This document shows, piece after piece, positions 27,749 through 44,930 of a stretch of DNA of 64,000 bases; position 1 is the stretch's first letter, and each line of letters starts with the position of its first letter. This stretch comes from Octopus vulgaris (taxonomy: Eukaryota). Where the stretch lies: NCBI GenBank assembly GCA_951406725.2, contig OX597840.1, forward strand, positions 17,794,001 to 17,858,000, written 5' to 3'. The notes beneath the pieces are model-generated. The model had not been told where the DNA came from. It did not search any database and worked only from the letters and a program-made list of their open reading frames with translations. Made by a program: the position numbers and the translations under genes.

Positions 27749-27931
27749 GGGGGCAGACAGGCAGGCAGGCAAGCAGGCAGATAGATAGATAGATAGATAG
27801 ACAGACAGACAAACAGGCAGGCAGACACACACACACACACACACACAAACAGATAGATAAAGAGAGAGAGAGAGAGAGTGAGAGATAAATAGATAGACAC
27901 ACACACACACAGACAGACAGACAGACAGATT

Positions 27932-27995
<64 letters not shown>

Positions 27996-28323
27996 AAGGG
28001 ACAGACAGACAGACAGATAGATGGAAAAGAAGATAGATATAGATCGAGTGATAAACAGAGGTATATATGTACAGATATTACGAGTGTGTGTGTGTCAACG
28101 ACGGTAGGTAGATAAATACGAATTTGTAATAATTAGGATTATTGTTGTTGATGTTGTTGTTGCTAGTGCTCCTGCTATTTTGGCTGAGTGGTGATGCATA
28201 ACAACTACCCGCGTCACCCACCCGGCTCCCCTGCACGCGGAACGGAGCGGCATTAAAAATGTCGTCTTATATGAACAAGACATTCAACCGTGTCTGCTCG
28301 TTTCATTCAAACAACCGTGGCAA

Positions 28324-28373
<50 letters not shown>

Positions 28374-28661
28374 TATAGCATCAATGAACTGGAGCAGCAG
28401 CAGTAGCAGCAGCAGCAACCGTAACAATTACAGCAGCAGCGGCAGTTTCAGCAGCAATAGTAAATCACACCAACTGCCGGCTTCTTTCTGTTCTTAAATA
28501 ATAACAACAATCCTTTCTGCTATAAAACACAAGACCTGAAATTTGGGGGGAGGGGGTAAGTCGATTAGATCCACCCCAGGGTTTCACAGGTACTTAATTT
28601 ATCGACCCCGAAAATTAAGCATCAAGCATATAATAATAATAATAATAAGGATAAACAATAT

Positions 28662-29433
28662 AAAATGCCCTGATGCAGTACCAGACAGTGGCTCTCATGG
28701 TTTTTGTGTTATAATGTCTATTGTTTTGTCTTGATATAAAAAGAAGGGCTACAACAAATATTCTGGTCAATACCTATTTCTTTACTACCCACAAGGGGCT
28801 AAACACAGAGAGGACAAACAAGGACAGACAAACGGATCAAGTCAAATATATCGACTCCAGTGCGTAACTGGTACTTAATTTATCGACCCCGAAAGGATGA
28901 AAGGCAAAGTCGACCTTGGCGGAATTTGAACTCAGAACGTAACGGCAGACGAAATACTGCTAAGCATTTGCCCGGCGTGCTAACGTTTCTGCCAGCTCGC
29001 CCAGATTTGCTTGTCACTTGTTTGATCATAGCCAGTGGAGCGTGTCCCTTGGTGGCTGACGATATGGGCATCTCAGATCATGAGCAGAATTAGTGGGGGA
29101 GCATCATAGCCATGTGTTGAGAGGGATTCTTTGGGGTTTGGATAATTCATTTTTGAAAATACGAGTGTTTCGTTCAACATCCTTAAATAAACCTAATCAA
29201 GGAACCTTTTGAGCGGGATGGGCTACTTGACATGAAGAAAATTCTAAATGGGTCTCACCTGCAAGGTCATGCGCTGTTTATCTTGATATAAGGTCACCCT
29301 ATCGCACACACATGATTGTGTTCCATGTATCTGGTGTACTCTTATCAGATGGGTAGTCATGATGGGTATACTGGGCTTCGAATATTTTACCCCACTGTAC
29401 CTTTGATGGCATACACGGCTCTCTCACTCGCTC
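28662..29433 (+). mobile_element. Element D, full length, with a nested SINE-B (28775-29001)
   Basis: Runs from aaatgccctgatgcagtacc to ctctctcactc followed by (AAT)n; inverted relative of 60934-61700. Confidence 0.85.
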
Positions 29434-29440
29434 AATAATA

Positions 29441-29473
<33 letters not shown>

Positions 29474-30019
29474 CTCTTCTACTAAAAGTACAAGGTCTGA
29501 AATTGTGGGGTGCGGGCCAGTCGATTATACTGACTCCAAAGCGTAACTGGTACTTATTTCATCGACCCCGAGAGTATGAAAGGCAAGGCCAGCCTTGGCG
29601 AAATTTGAACTCAGAACGTAAAGATGGACGAAATGCCTCTTATCATTTCCCCCGGTTTGCTAACGATTCTGCCAGCTCGCCAATGGTTTCAAATTGTGGC
29701 ACAACGCCAGTCATTTTGAAAGCGTGAGGGACTAAGGACAAGTCGATTACATCGACCCCAGTGTTCAACTGGTATTTTATTTTATCGTCCTTTGGATTGG
29801 TAAAAGGCAATGTCTGCCTCGGCGCGATTTGAACTTAAAACCTAATGAGGTAGAAGAAATGTCACCAAGTAATTTGTCTGACGCACCACCGATTTTAAGG
29901 GCTAGAAATTTTAGGAGTAGGTGACTGGGGGGGAGGGGTGCTAGTCGATTTCAAAAATAGGCCCCAGTATTTTCCTGGTGCATCATGTAGTCGTCGAAGC
30001 CCTTCCCTCGTCCTTCGCT

Positions 30020-30066
30020 TCATCATCATCATCATCATCATCATCACCACCACTATCATCCTCACC

Positions 30067-30133
<67 letters not shown>

Positions 30134-30389
30134 ACATCATCATCATCATCATCATCATCACCACCACCACCACCACCACCATCATCATCATCCTCATCAT
30201 CACCACCACCACCACTATCATCATCATCATCATCATCATCAACATCATCATCATCATCATCATCACCACCATCATCATCATCATCATCATCACCACCATC
30301 ATCATCATCATCATCATCATCAACATCATCATCATCATCATCATCACCACCATCATCATCACCATCATCATCACCACCACCACCACTAT

Positions 30390-30420
<31 letters not shown>

Positions 30421-30476
30421 TTCATCATCATCATCAACATCATCATCATCATCACCACCACCACCAACACCATCAT

Positions 30477-30508
<32 letters not shown>

Positions 30509-30541
30509 CCACCACCATCATCACCACCACCACCATTATCC

Positions 30542-30596
<55 letters not shown>

Positions 30597-30800
30597 TATT
30601 ATCATCATCATTTTTATTTCCAGTACCACTACCATCATCATCACCATCATCGTCAACACCACCGCCACTACCGCCGCCGCCGCCATCAACAACAAGGCTA
30701 ATTACTGCTGCTGCCGCTGCCGCTGCTCGTACGGCCGCTACCGCTGCTGCCGCTGCTGCTGCTGTTTCAGTTGCTGCTACCGCTGTCGCTGCTGCTGCAG
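30020..30800. repeat. Mosaic (ATC/ACC)n microsatellite followed by (GCT/GCC)n
   Basis: Seen directly; a similar (ACC)n mosaic lies at 40250-40580. Confidence 0.95.
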
Positions 30801-31208
30801 CAGACTTTAGTTGTTCGTCTCAGGATAACAGAATAACTCGAACGGCGACGACAACATTAAAAGAGCCAAACACAACAACAACAACAACAACAACGCCGAA
30901 AACAAACGACAAGGAACCGGGATTTTACAATCAACATCATCATCATCATCATCATCATCATCGCCATCAAGAACATTTCCGACTGCATTATTATCAATTA
31001 ACCAAAACAACAGTAACAATTACAAACAATTCTCTGCCTCTCTTTCCTTCTTTCTGCTCTGTTCTGCCTATTTAACCGTTTTTCTCTCGCTGTCGGGTGT
31101 CTGCCTGACTGTCTGCTTGTCCGTCCGTCCGTCTGTCAGTCTATCTGTCTAACACACACACATCTGTCCGTCTGTTCGTCAATCCACCTGGCCATCCAAC
31201 CTCTCACT

Positions 31209-31239
<31 letters not shown>

Positions 31240-31330
31240 CCATCTATCTATCTATCTATCTACCTACCTACCTATCTTTCTACCTATCCATCTATCTATC
31301 CATCTATCTATCCATCTATCTATCTATCTA

Positions 31331-31378
<48 letters not shown>

Positions 31379-31379
31379 A

Positions 31380-31420
<41 letters not shown>

Positions 31421-31798
31421 ATTATCTATCTTTCTGTGTGTGTCTGTGTTCATTTCTCACCTGTCCTTTTGAACACACATACACACACACACACACATGT
31501 ATACACACACACATATACATACACACCACACACGTTTCGTCACGCACGCACACACATCCGCAAATATAAATATTCAGACACATAAATTCACAAACACACA
31601 CACATAGTTATGATGTCGGCGATGATGATGATGATGACGACTATGTTTGTGATGACGATGACAATGCTAACAGCAATGGTCATTCACACAACAACCACAA
31701 CTTTATAAGCAAGCAAACACACACACACACACACACAAACACACACAAACACACACACACAAACACACACACACACAAACACACACAAACACACACAA

Positions 31799-31831
<33 letters not shown>

Positions 31832-32678
31832 AACACACACACACAAACACACACACACGCACAAACACACACGCACAATGTTCCACTCACAAACATATCA
31901 GTAATACATACAGCAATGCACGTACACACACACAGCTAAACATAAACACACACACACACATATATAAATTCACACACCTACACACACGTACGACTACACA
32001 CGCGCGCGCACCACCGCCACCACCACCACCAACAGCAGCAGCAGCAGCAGGAACCGACTTTAAGTGGTTCATAACGACTGTTGTTGTTACTGTTGTTGTT
32101 GTTAAAACCCATTATATTTCCAATCTGTGTGATTTACGTCCAACGTGAGTGTATATACAGATACATGTACACCAGACTGGATTCATATTTATAATATACA
32201 TACATATATATATATATATATATACATACATATATATATATATTTACTTTTTACCATGTCTGTGATTAAATATTACTTTCTATTGTTGGTTTACCATTAT
32301 TTGGGATACGGAATGGCAACTGAAGGTAAGAACACATCGGCCTTTCAATCGAACGGTTTTTGCTATCATTTCTCTACTTTATTACGATTGTCTTTATTAT
32401 GATGATTATTATAAATTATTTAAATATATGTTTGTTCTTTTTCCAGATATTCATTGTGTATATATATCTATATCACGGTCAAACTATATCTACATTCTGT
32501 ACGTGTTTATGTATGTATGTATGTATGTATCGATCGATCGATCTATCTATCTATCAATCTACCGGTCTACTAGTCTGCCTGTCTATCTGTCTGTCTGTGT
32601 AGCTATCTACCTAGCGAGCTATGTCTTCTGTTTGTCTAGTTAGCTAGCTGTCTATCTATCTGTCTGTCTCTCTGTCTG

Positions 32679-32791
<113 letters not shown>

Positions 32792-32993
32792 TATTTATCT
32801 AGCTATCTATTTATATATATATATATATCTCTATATATATTAATGGCGGTGCCCCAGCATGGCCACAGCTCGTGAGCTGAAACTGGATAAAATGTAAAAT
32901 GTAAAAATGTATATACATATATATAATATATATACACACACATATAGATAGATAGACAGACATACACACACACACACTCACACATACACACAC

Positions 32994-33096
<103 letters not shown>

Positions 33097-33097
33097 C

Positions 33098-33199
<102 letters not shown>

Positions 33200-33398
33200 A
33201 TAGATAGACCGTTGTGTTATGGAAAGTGGAAGCCGTTAATTGTAATCGCGAGTATTGTTGGCCGAAATTGTGGTTGGGGAGATCCCCTTTCCTAATGTCG
33301 TGTAAAATGGTCTGCCCCAAAGTGATCACTATCAGAGATTCCTGCCAAACGTGTGCGCGTATGTGTGTATGTATGTATGTATGTATGTATGTATATAT

Positions 33399-33544
33399 GT
33401 GCCGAAGGTAAAAAATATGCACACCCGGCGTTTAGGGTTAGGATTTACGGCTTGGGGTTAGGGTTTAGGGTAGGGTTAAAGATTTCTGGACAGGGTTAAG
33501 GTTACGCCGAAAACGGGTGGTGTGTGTATTCTTTACCTCCGCCA
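33399..33544. mobile_element. MITE-like element with internal telomeric-type repeats
   Basis: Imperfect ~28-bp TIRs (gccgaaggtaaaaaatatgcacacc / ggtgtgtgtattctttacctccgcc) around ttagggttagg...ggggttagggtttagggtagggtta. Confidence 0.65.
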
Positions 33545-33634
33545 TGTATGTATGTATGTATGTATGTATGTATGTATGTATGTACGTACGTATGTATGTA
33601 TGTATGTATGTATGTATGTATGTATGTATGTATA

Positions 33635-33670
<36 letters not shown>

Positions 33671-34134
33671 TGTATGTATGTATGTATGTATGTATGTATG
33701 TATGTGTGTATGTATGTATGTATGTATGTATGTGTGTGTATGTGTGTATGTGTATGTATACATATATGGATAGGTAAGCACAACACACACACTCGTATAT
33801 ACACACACATATGTATTTATGTGTATATGCGAGTATCGTAAATATATGTATACACAAACACACCTATACACACACACGCACACACACACACATATCAAAA
33901 GAGAGAGAGAGAGAGACATATACATGGATGTATACGTGCACACTCGTATACACATACAATTTATACAGCAGCTATACAGACGTGTAGATCAATACACGTG
34001 CGCATGCATATATATATACACACTCGTATGTATATACGTTAATATACAAGTACCAGTTGAGTAGTGGAATCCGTGTAATCAACTTACCCTCTACCCCTGA
34101 AATTGCTGGCCTTGTGCCAAAATTTGAAATCAAT

Positions 34135-34179
<45 letters not shown>

Positions 34180-34262
34180 GCAGAGCCAACAGAGTGACTC
34201 AAGGTCTGTGACTTTCGTGCGCTGGCACTTGCCAGACTAGTCACACACACACACACACACAC

Positions 34263-34411
<149 letters not shown>

Positions 34412-34538
34412 GCGATGTAGTACCCTTGTATATATGTACATATATAATATTGTATGTATATATTTTATTAATTTGCCTGTACGGCTGATAATTCGCTTAC
34501 CATTTGTGATGGTATTTTAATAATACCATCCCTATATA

Positions 34539-34587
<49 letters not shown>

Positions 34588-34588
<1 letters not shown>

Positions 34589-34970
34589 TACAGGAGTGGT
34601 TGTGTGGTACGTAGCTTCCTTACCAACCAAATGGTTCTGGGTTCTGGGTTCAGTTCCACTGTGTGGCACCTTGGTCAAGTGTTTTCTACTATAGCCTCGG
34701 CCCGACCAATGCCTTGTGAGTGGATTTAGTTGAAGCCCATCGTGTGTGCGTGTGTGTGTGTTTGTGTGCCTGTGTTTGTCACCCCAGCATCGCTTGACAA
34801 CCGATGCTGGTGTGTTTACATCCCCGTAACTTAACGGTTCTGCAAAAGAGACCGATAGAATAAGTACTAGGCTTGCAAAGAATAAGTCCTGGGATCGATT
34901 TGCTCGACTAAAGGCAGTGCTCCAGCATGGCCGCAGTCAACTGATTGAAACAAGTAAAAGAGTAAAAGAG

Positions 34971-35039
<69 letters not shown>

Positions 35040-35936
35040 CTTATATATACACATTCATATATACATTACTTTGGCAGTGTTACAATATATTACATTATAC
35101 TATATTTACTATACATTGTAATATATTATAATATATTATATTATAATTACTTGGTTAAAGAACAGAACAGGTTTAAACAATTTCGAAGTTGTTCTTTTGG
35201 AAATTCATTTGATAGCGATGTCTTCTTTGATAGATAGCACCGCGTTGACCAGATCTTGTAACTGAAATTAGGCAAATGGAAACTGTAGAGAAGCCTACCA
35301 TGTGTGTGTATGTGTGCATATATATTTATATATATGCATGCATATGTGTATGTATATATGTAGGGAAATATATAATTGTGCGCGTTTTTGTGTATCTTCT
35401 TGTTAGTGTTTGTTTTTACCGGTTTAAAAAAACTGGTGGAGTTCAGGCGATGCCTCAGCATGTCTACCATCCTATGACTGACACTAGTCATAACAATTAT
35501 GGAATAATACATACATACATATATATACACACGCGCACACACACACACGTACATATGCACACACTCTCGCACACAATATATTGCTTCCCAACCACAGGGT
35601 TCTGCGTTCAGTTCCACTGTATGGCACCTTGAGCAAGTGTCTTCTACTATAGCCTTGGGCTGACCAAAGCCTTGTGAGTGGATTTGGTAGACGGAAACTG
35701 GAAGAAGCCCGCTGTATATACTTATGTATATGTATGTGTTTGTGGGTCTGTGTTGTTTGTTCCCACCATCGCTTGACAAGCGATGTTGGAGTGTTAACGT
35801 CCCCGTAACTTAGCGGTTCGGCAAAAAGTGACCGATAGAATAAGTACTAGGCTTGCAAAGAATAAATCTTGGGGTCGATTTCTTCGATTAAAGGCGGTGC
35901 TCCAGCATGGTCGCAGTCAAATGACTGAAACAAGTA

Positions 35937-35967
<31 letters not shown>

Positions 35968-36006
35968 GGTCCCGGGTTGATTCGGGGTTAACCACAGTAA
36001 ATAAGA

Positions 36007-36041
<35 letters not shown>

Positions 36042-36060
36042 TCTACGCATACATGTATAC

Positions 36061-36098
<38 letters not shown>

Positions 36099-36369
36099 AT
36101 ATATTGCTTCCTAACTACGTGGTTCCGGCTTCAGTCTCACTGCGTGGCGTCTTCGACAAGTATTTTCCCACTATAGTCTCAAGCTGACCAATGCCTTGTG
36201 AGCCATTGTGAAAGAAGCCCGTCGTATATGTGTGTGTTGCTTTTCATCCTTTCGGGGTCGATAAATAAAGTACCAGTTTCACATTGGGGGCGATATAATC
36301 GACTCAATCTCTTCGTCTTGCCTTGTTTGTCCCCTCTATGTTTAGCCCCTTCTGGGCAGTAAAGAAATA

Positions 36370-36406
<37 letters not shown>

Positions 36407-36565
36407 TGCACTACCGCTTGACAGCCGCTGTTGGTGTGTTTACGTAACTAGCATAACTAGTCACCTAGATATATATACACACACACATACCACACACAAA
36501 CAGGTGTGCTGATATATAGTGTATATATACATATATACATATATATATATACATATACATACATA

Positions 36566-36599
<34 letters not shown>

Positions 36600-36612
36600 C
36601 ATATATACATAT

Positions 36613-36648
<36 letters not shown>

Positions 36649-36755
36649 GAACGAGTCTTACAATAAAAGTACTGGGGTCGATTTATTCGACTAAAAATCC
36701 TTCAGAACGGTGCTCCAGCATGGTTGTAGTCTAATGACTGAAACAAGTGAAAGAT
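34588..36755 (+). mobile_element. Cluster of three SINE-A copies (34588-34970, 35580-35936, 36104-36755); the last carries a SINE-B fragment
   Basis: Head, central microsatellite and ctccagcatggccgcagtc...gaaacaagt tail in each. Confidence 0.8.
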
Positions 36756-37170
36756 TAAAAACAAAAGATATAGACACGGACAGACAGACACACACACACA
36801 CACATACACACAAATACGACCTGCTTGCGCGCGTGTATGTATAGTCTTCACAAAAGTGTGCAACAGGTTAAGCAAGGTGTACACCCGCATGCTATAAAAT
36901 GTAGAAATATCTAGCGTTCTTGCGTGGGTACGGTCTCACCCTTTTACCAAAATTCCAGCGAGCTATTCTTGTGTGCAGACAGAAAGACACCATATTTCTT
37001 CTGTCATAATCTTTAAAAAAAACATACACACACATACAAGATTTCTTCATCGGTGCCAAATGGGTGTCGGCTTACGTGGAATTTTAGTCTGCTAGACATA
37101 GCAGCTAAATCTTCTTCATATCTCTCCTCTAACCCAGGAAAGAGCAAATGTTTTCAAAAAAAGAGAACAA

Positions 37171-37575
37171 GGCGCAGGAGTGGCTGTGTGGTAAGTAGCT
37201 TGCTAACCAACCACATGGTTCCGGGTTCAGTCCCACTGCGTGGCATCTTGGGCAAGTGTCTTCTTCTACAACCTCGGGCCGACCAATGCCTTGTGAGTGG
37301 ATTTGGTAGACGGAAACTGAAAGAAGCCCGTCGTATATATGTATATATATGTGTGCGTGTGTGTTTGTGTGTCTGTGTTTGTCCCCCTAGCATTGCTTGA
37401 CAACCGATGCTGGTGTGCTTACGTCCCCGTAACTTAGCGGTTCGGCAAAAGAGACGATAGAATAAGTACTGGGCTTACAAAGAATAAGTCCCGGGGTCGA
37501 TTTGCTCGACTAAAAGGCAGTGCTCCAGCATGGCCGCAGTCAAAATGACTGAAACAAGTAAAAGAGTAAAAGAGA
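37171..37575 (+). mobile_element. SINE-A, full length (reference copy)
   Basis: GGCGCAGGAGTGGCTGTGTGGTAAG...GGTTCAGTCCC...(TA/TG)n...gaaacaa(gtaaaaga)2. Confidence 0.92.
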
Positions 37576-38241
37576 GTAAGTGGAAACATTATCAGAAGCG
37601 TTAGTGCCGTGAAAGATGTTTTGAGGCGTTTAGAGTTGTGATCGTTTAGAATTCTGAATTCAAACTCCATCAATGTCTGCTTTGATATTCCCCGCTTCCG
37701 ATGGGGTGTTAAATAAAGGATCAGCAGTATTGTGAGGAGCGATATAATCAACTGTTCACTTCCCCACTTCAAATTTCTGGCCTCCTGCCTAAGTTTGGTA
37801 TCAACTATGTAACCTGTGGACCTTCTTCAGCAGTGTTTACTGCCTACAACATTTCGAACACATTGTAAATTGGTGACTCCGTAAATATGGTGACAGGCAG
37901 ATGCCCAGGTGCCGCGTAGTGACATCAAACTTGGAATCGTATGGTTTCAAAGTGAGCTTGTTAACCACCTAGAAAGAAAAAAAAAAACCCAATGTACTCT
38001 TAGATACTCAGAGACAGACGGGATGGTCACATTTGAAATGAGGTTTGATTATATGTGGGGTAGATCAGGGTTGACCCGAGAGATGGACAACGGTAAGATC
38101 AAATAGCTTTGAGACATTGTTAAGGTAGTCTTAGTGAGTCTTGAGAAAGACGAGATGGTCGCAGCTGGAATGCCGTTGATATTGGGTTTACTCGATTGGG
38201 GTTGACCTGGGGTTAAACAACAGCTGCTGCTGCTGCTGCTG

Positions 38242-38290
<49 letters not shown>

Positions 38291-38475
38291 AGCACAATCC
38301 AATGCATCTTTCATGAGTGTGATATAAGTGAGAAGATAGATTTGGCTATTGTTTCTAATGTCCACGTAGGTTTCCCCGTTTGTTCAAAATACCAGTAATA
38401 TACTTGGGCGTGGCTTACTCAACATTTGTGTCCATGTGATTAAATTTCGACAGTTTGCATTTAAAGTCTTAACTG

Positions 38476-38561
<86 letters not shown>

Positions 38562-38600
38562 TGTTGTTGTTGTTGTTGTTGTTGCTGTTGTTGCTGCTGC

Positions 38601-38646
<46 letters not shown>

Positions 38647-38867
38647 GGTGGTGGTGGTGGTGGTACTGGCTGAGACGGCGGTGTTTAGCTTCGATTCAAT
38701 CTAGTTTCAGCAGAAGCGTGCCATTCCTGACCATCCTGTCTTTTATTATTTTTCAGTGTGTGCGCGCGTGTGTATATCTATTTGTGTATGCATCTATATC
38801 TATCTGTCTGTCTGTATGTATGTATGTCTGTTGTCTGTCTGTCTCTCTGACTATATTTGTGTATATG

Positions 38868-38899
<32 letters not shown>

Positions 38900-41099
38900 T
38901 GTATGTATGTATGTATGTATGTATGTATGTATATGTGTGTGTGCTTGTGTGTGTGTATAAAATTATAAAATAGCTTTATTCAATGCATACTTTTTATATT
39001 TTGGTTTTCGAGACAATGGAACGTGTGATTTGGTTATAAATTTTGGTTTGGCTGTTGTTTCTAGCTGGCCAAACAACCACATAAGAAATACTTCCCTTGT
39101 TGACTCGTTCAAGAAGTTCGTTATTTCACACCTCAAAGGTTACCGAGTTCTTTGTTCATTGCTTACGTCACTATACACATGGGAAAACGTATGAATGTCA
39201 CAGAATCCTATGTATTCCTTTCGACAACCGATCAAACTATGTACCATATGTTAGAATTAATCTTTATTTTTTGTAAAAACAATAAATAAATGAGATCGTT
39301 TTTTTTTTTGCCTTCTCAACGAAAGCCTGTCGTCTGCCTCAGTCAATTTAATTATAGGCTTCCATAGTTTGTAATTTTTGATATAGCAATTATAACGTCT
39401 GTTGTCCTTTTGGAAAGGCATGAATGTCACAGGCTGTCATTACCTTGTCCCTCAAAAATTCAGACTTTATGGTACATTCATCTTCATCTTCTCACCCCAA
39501 ATTTCAGGGCTTATTATTATTGTTGTTTGGGGTAATCGACTAACTCCTTCCCCTCAAATTTCAGGCATTGTGCCTATAGTAGAATGGATTATTATTATCA
39601 TTGTTATTGTTGTTGTTGTTGTTGTTAGAGTGGTGAGCTGGAAGAGTTGGTAGCACGCCGAGCGGAAGGCTTCGCGGCATCACGTACGTCTTCACTTTCT
39701 GAGTTCAAATTCCGCTGAGGTCGACTTTGTCTGTCATCCTTTTGGGCGGGGTCGATAAAATAAGTACCAGCTGATCACTGGGATCGATGTAATCAACTCA
39801 GCCCCCCGCCCCCCTCCCAAAAAAACCCTGCTGGCCTTAAAGAAATTATTATTATTATTGCTATTGTTGTTGTTGTTAAGCCTAAAGACAGCAAGATTAA
39901 GAACAGAAGAAGCCCACCACAACAGCCGGCTCCTTGCAATGCCATTTCTTACCCCTCGCCCCTAGAAAAGATAAACACACAGATACGTAGGGGGGGAGGA
40001 GGAGGATACGTACTTCCCTCTCCCCCGTCCTCCATTCAGGCTCCTTCGATTCCCGTTCAAGTCCCTCTCGTACGAAGGGGTCGAGGTGAAAGCCCCGTTA
40101 CACAAGAAGTCTGTGAAATTGTAAAGAAAGAAAATGGAAGCGAAGAAAAGGGGGCCGCCCCCAGCTGAAAAACAAAAGGTTAGATGTGACGGCAGGGGGA
40201 GCTGATAAGCAGCCATACATTCACCTATCGCCTCCGAAAACATCACCGTCTCTACCACCACCAACACCACCACCACCATCACCACCATTATCAACGCCAC
40301 CACCACCACCACCATCACCACCATTATCAACACCATCACCACCATTATCAACACTACCACCACCACCACCTCCTCCACCACCACCACCACCACCACCACC
40401 ACCGCCACCACCATTATCAACACCACCACCACTGCCACCATCAACATCATCACCACTACCAATACCACATCACGGCCACCATTACCAGCGCCATTACCAC
40501 CATCTCCACCACCATCACCACTACCCTCTATCACTATCACCACTACTATCAATGTCAATGCCACCACCACCACCACCGTCAATACCACCGTCATTACCGT
40601 GGCAAAAACAACGACCACAACGACGATAACAGCAACAACAACAACCAAACCCTCAACTCCACCAACAAAAACATCAAGAAAACGAAAGTACAACAATAAC
40701 CAAATATAAAAATGCATCAAAGGAAACAACAACAATAACCAAAACCACGCAAGGAAATACGTCGCTCCACCCCCACCCCTCGTCAGTTTCATTGTTATAA
40801 ATAGAAAGAGCAAGAAGTTGATGGGGTACTTAACGCGGTACCATTAGAGAAAACTACAAACAAAAGAGGAAGAGATTTGTGAGAAGTGGTCTCTTATCTA
40901 AGACCGTAGTCAAGAGATGAGGTCAGAACTCGCCAAAAGGAATTGCCGCATCAGACGTAAGTTCCGGAATACGATAGAGACGAAAATAATTTGGTAGTGG
41001 CTTACGATGAAACCCTCCCTCCCTGATAAGGCTGGTTTATTTGTCGACTTTTCTCCAAGACCTCGACTTATGACGTTTCTCGTTTTCTTTTCTCTGAAG

Positions 41100-42740
<1,641 letters not shown>

Positions 42741-43678
42741 TGAAGCGCTATTGGAATCTGGCGACTTTCAAACGGCGTCAGCTCAGTGACTCACTCTGCC
42801 GTGAGTCAGTGACAGTCACGTGACACTTGCTGCTTGTAAAGGTATGTAATGGTTCGTGTGTTGATCTCGATACGAATCGTTGTAAATTGTCGAGAACTTC
42901 TATCTGCAGTTTACGTGGCTTAGACAAAAACAAAAATGAGTAACACTAGTAGCCATAAACATCTCGTAAATTCAAAATGCGTGCGCGTGCGCGTGAGAAA
43001 GAGAGAGAGAGAGAGAGATAAAGGAGAAAAAGAGAGTGAGCTATAAAGGAGGAGCTTCAATATCGCTTTGGTTTTATGTCTACAAGGCATTTCAGGAACA
43101 CTCAAAATACCTGATGGCATGAGCAGAAGACCAAAGAGGGGATTCATAGACATATTCTACCTATCTCTACAATTACAGCTCAACGTAGGATAGCTTTTGC
43201 TAGCCACTGCCATTGCGCTGAACACGACGCCATATTAGTTGATTTGTTTGGAATTTTTCACACCCTAAAAGAGGATGAGAGCCACTCACCTACATTAATG
43301 TTATAAGCAGAAAACACACAGTTTGAAGCTGAGGACCCACGTACCAATGTCAATGCAGAAGGACAAAGATTTTTGGGGCGGCGTCGTGAAATACGTCTCG
43401 TTCGCAACCATTTCAAGATGCATGTATGTATGTTTGTATGTATGTATGTATGTATGTATGTATGTATGTATGTATGTGTGTGTGTGTGTGCGTGTATGTA
43501 TGTATGTATGAATGTATGCATGTATGTATGTATGTATGTATGTATGTATGTATGTATGTATGTATGTATGTATGTATGTATGTATGTATGTATGTATGTA
43601 TGTATGTATGAATGTATGCATGTATGTATGTATGTATGTATGTGTGTGTGTGTATGTGTGTATGTATGTATCTATATA

Positions 43679-43709
<31 letters not shown>

Positions 43710-43852
43710 ATGTGTGTGTGTGTGTATGTATGTACGTATGTATATATTTATGTATATTTATATGTAAGTGCGTGTGTATGTATATAGAACGCATATATAA
43801 TATAGAGGCGCAGGCGTGGCTGTGTGGTAAGACAGAAACTGAAAGAAGCCCG

Positions 43853-43883
<31 letters not shown>

Positions 43884-44127
43884 CGACGAGCTTACGTCGT
43901 ATATCTACTCCGTCTACTAAATCTACTCACAAGGCTTTGGCTCGAGGCTATAGTAGAAGACACTCACCCAGGGTGCGACGCAGTGGGACTGAACCCGGAA
44001 CTATGTGGTTGGGAACCAAGCGTCTTGTCACACCGCCACCTCTATACATATATACCTACTTACCTACCTACCTACCTACCTACATACATACATACATATA
44101 AATAAATAAGTATATATATAAATAAAT

Positions 44128-44184
<57 letters not shown>

Positions 44185-44519
44185 GCTGTTCGACTTCAAA
44201 GGCAGAAAGAAATAACATCCAGAATGGCTAATTAATATTTTTATATTAACAAAATAATGAAGGCGTAGATATTTAAACTAAATAAACAGATTGCGGTACT
44301 AAACAAAAAATAAATGGCCATGAAAATCAGTTTAAACGAAGTAGAAAGGGGTGTTAATTAATGCCTAGTTGTTAACAGTTTGTCTTGATTAGGCTCTCAA
44401 CTCCTTGATGAAGTCGTTGCGGCGCCGACGTACTGTACAGTGTGTCTTAGGCAACTATTTAAACCAGGTGGGACTCACCCTTCTTCGGGTTTGATTACAG
44501 CTGGTTTCTTCTAGACCAG

Positions 44520-44930
44520 GAAGGAGAGGGGGATAGGGAGAGGGGTGGAGCAGAGAGGGAGAGAGAGAGAGACAGAGGAATGGGAAAGAGAAGTGGGGAG
44601 AGGAGAGACAGATAAAGAAGGAGAGAGAGAGCGAGACGAAGAGAAAACGAAGACAAAGAGGAGAGAGGTGGAGAGAAAAAAGAGACAGAGAAGAAACAGG
44701 GGAAGAAAAGGAGAGAAGACAGAGAGACACAGAGAAGTGGAGAGAAAGAAAGTGGAGACAGGGTAGAGAGAGAATGAGAGAGGGCGACAGAGAAAGAGAG
44801 AGAGAGACAGCGGGAGAGAAAGACAGACAAAGAGACCGTGAGAAACAGTAAGTAAGAGAGAGAGAGAGTGTGTGAGAGAGAGAAAAGGAGGGGCAAACAA
44901 ACTGAGAAATAAGGAGTAAGAGAAAAAAGT
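44520..44930. repeat. Polypurine (GA-rich) low-complexity tract
   Basis: Seen directly. Confidence 0.9.

Noticed and set aside
28259-28498. ATG TCG TCT TAT (MSSY..., Hox-like N-terminus) followed by (CAG)n
   Set aside because: The frame stops after ~40 codons, and no hexapeptide or homeobox was found in the window.
28860-29093. Recurrent ORF MRNWYLIYRPRKDERQSRP (also 21224, 45883, 46053, 61251)
   Set aside because: Antisense translation of SINE-B, not a gene family.
29895-31075. Long ORFs of 266-365 aa (poly-S/P, poly-I/T, poly-M/V)
   Set aside because: Trinucleotide microsatellite that is open in several frames on both strands; no domain or splice evidence.
39962-40813. 283-aa Val-rich and 147-aa Pro-rich ORFs
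   Set aside because: Arise from the (ACC/GGT)n mosaic repeat.
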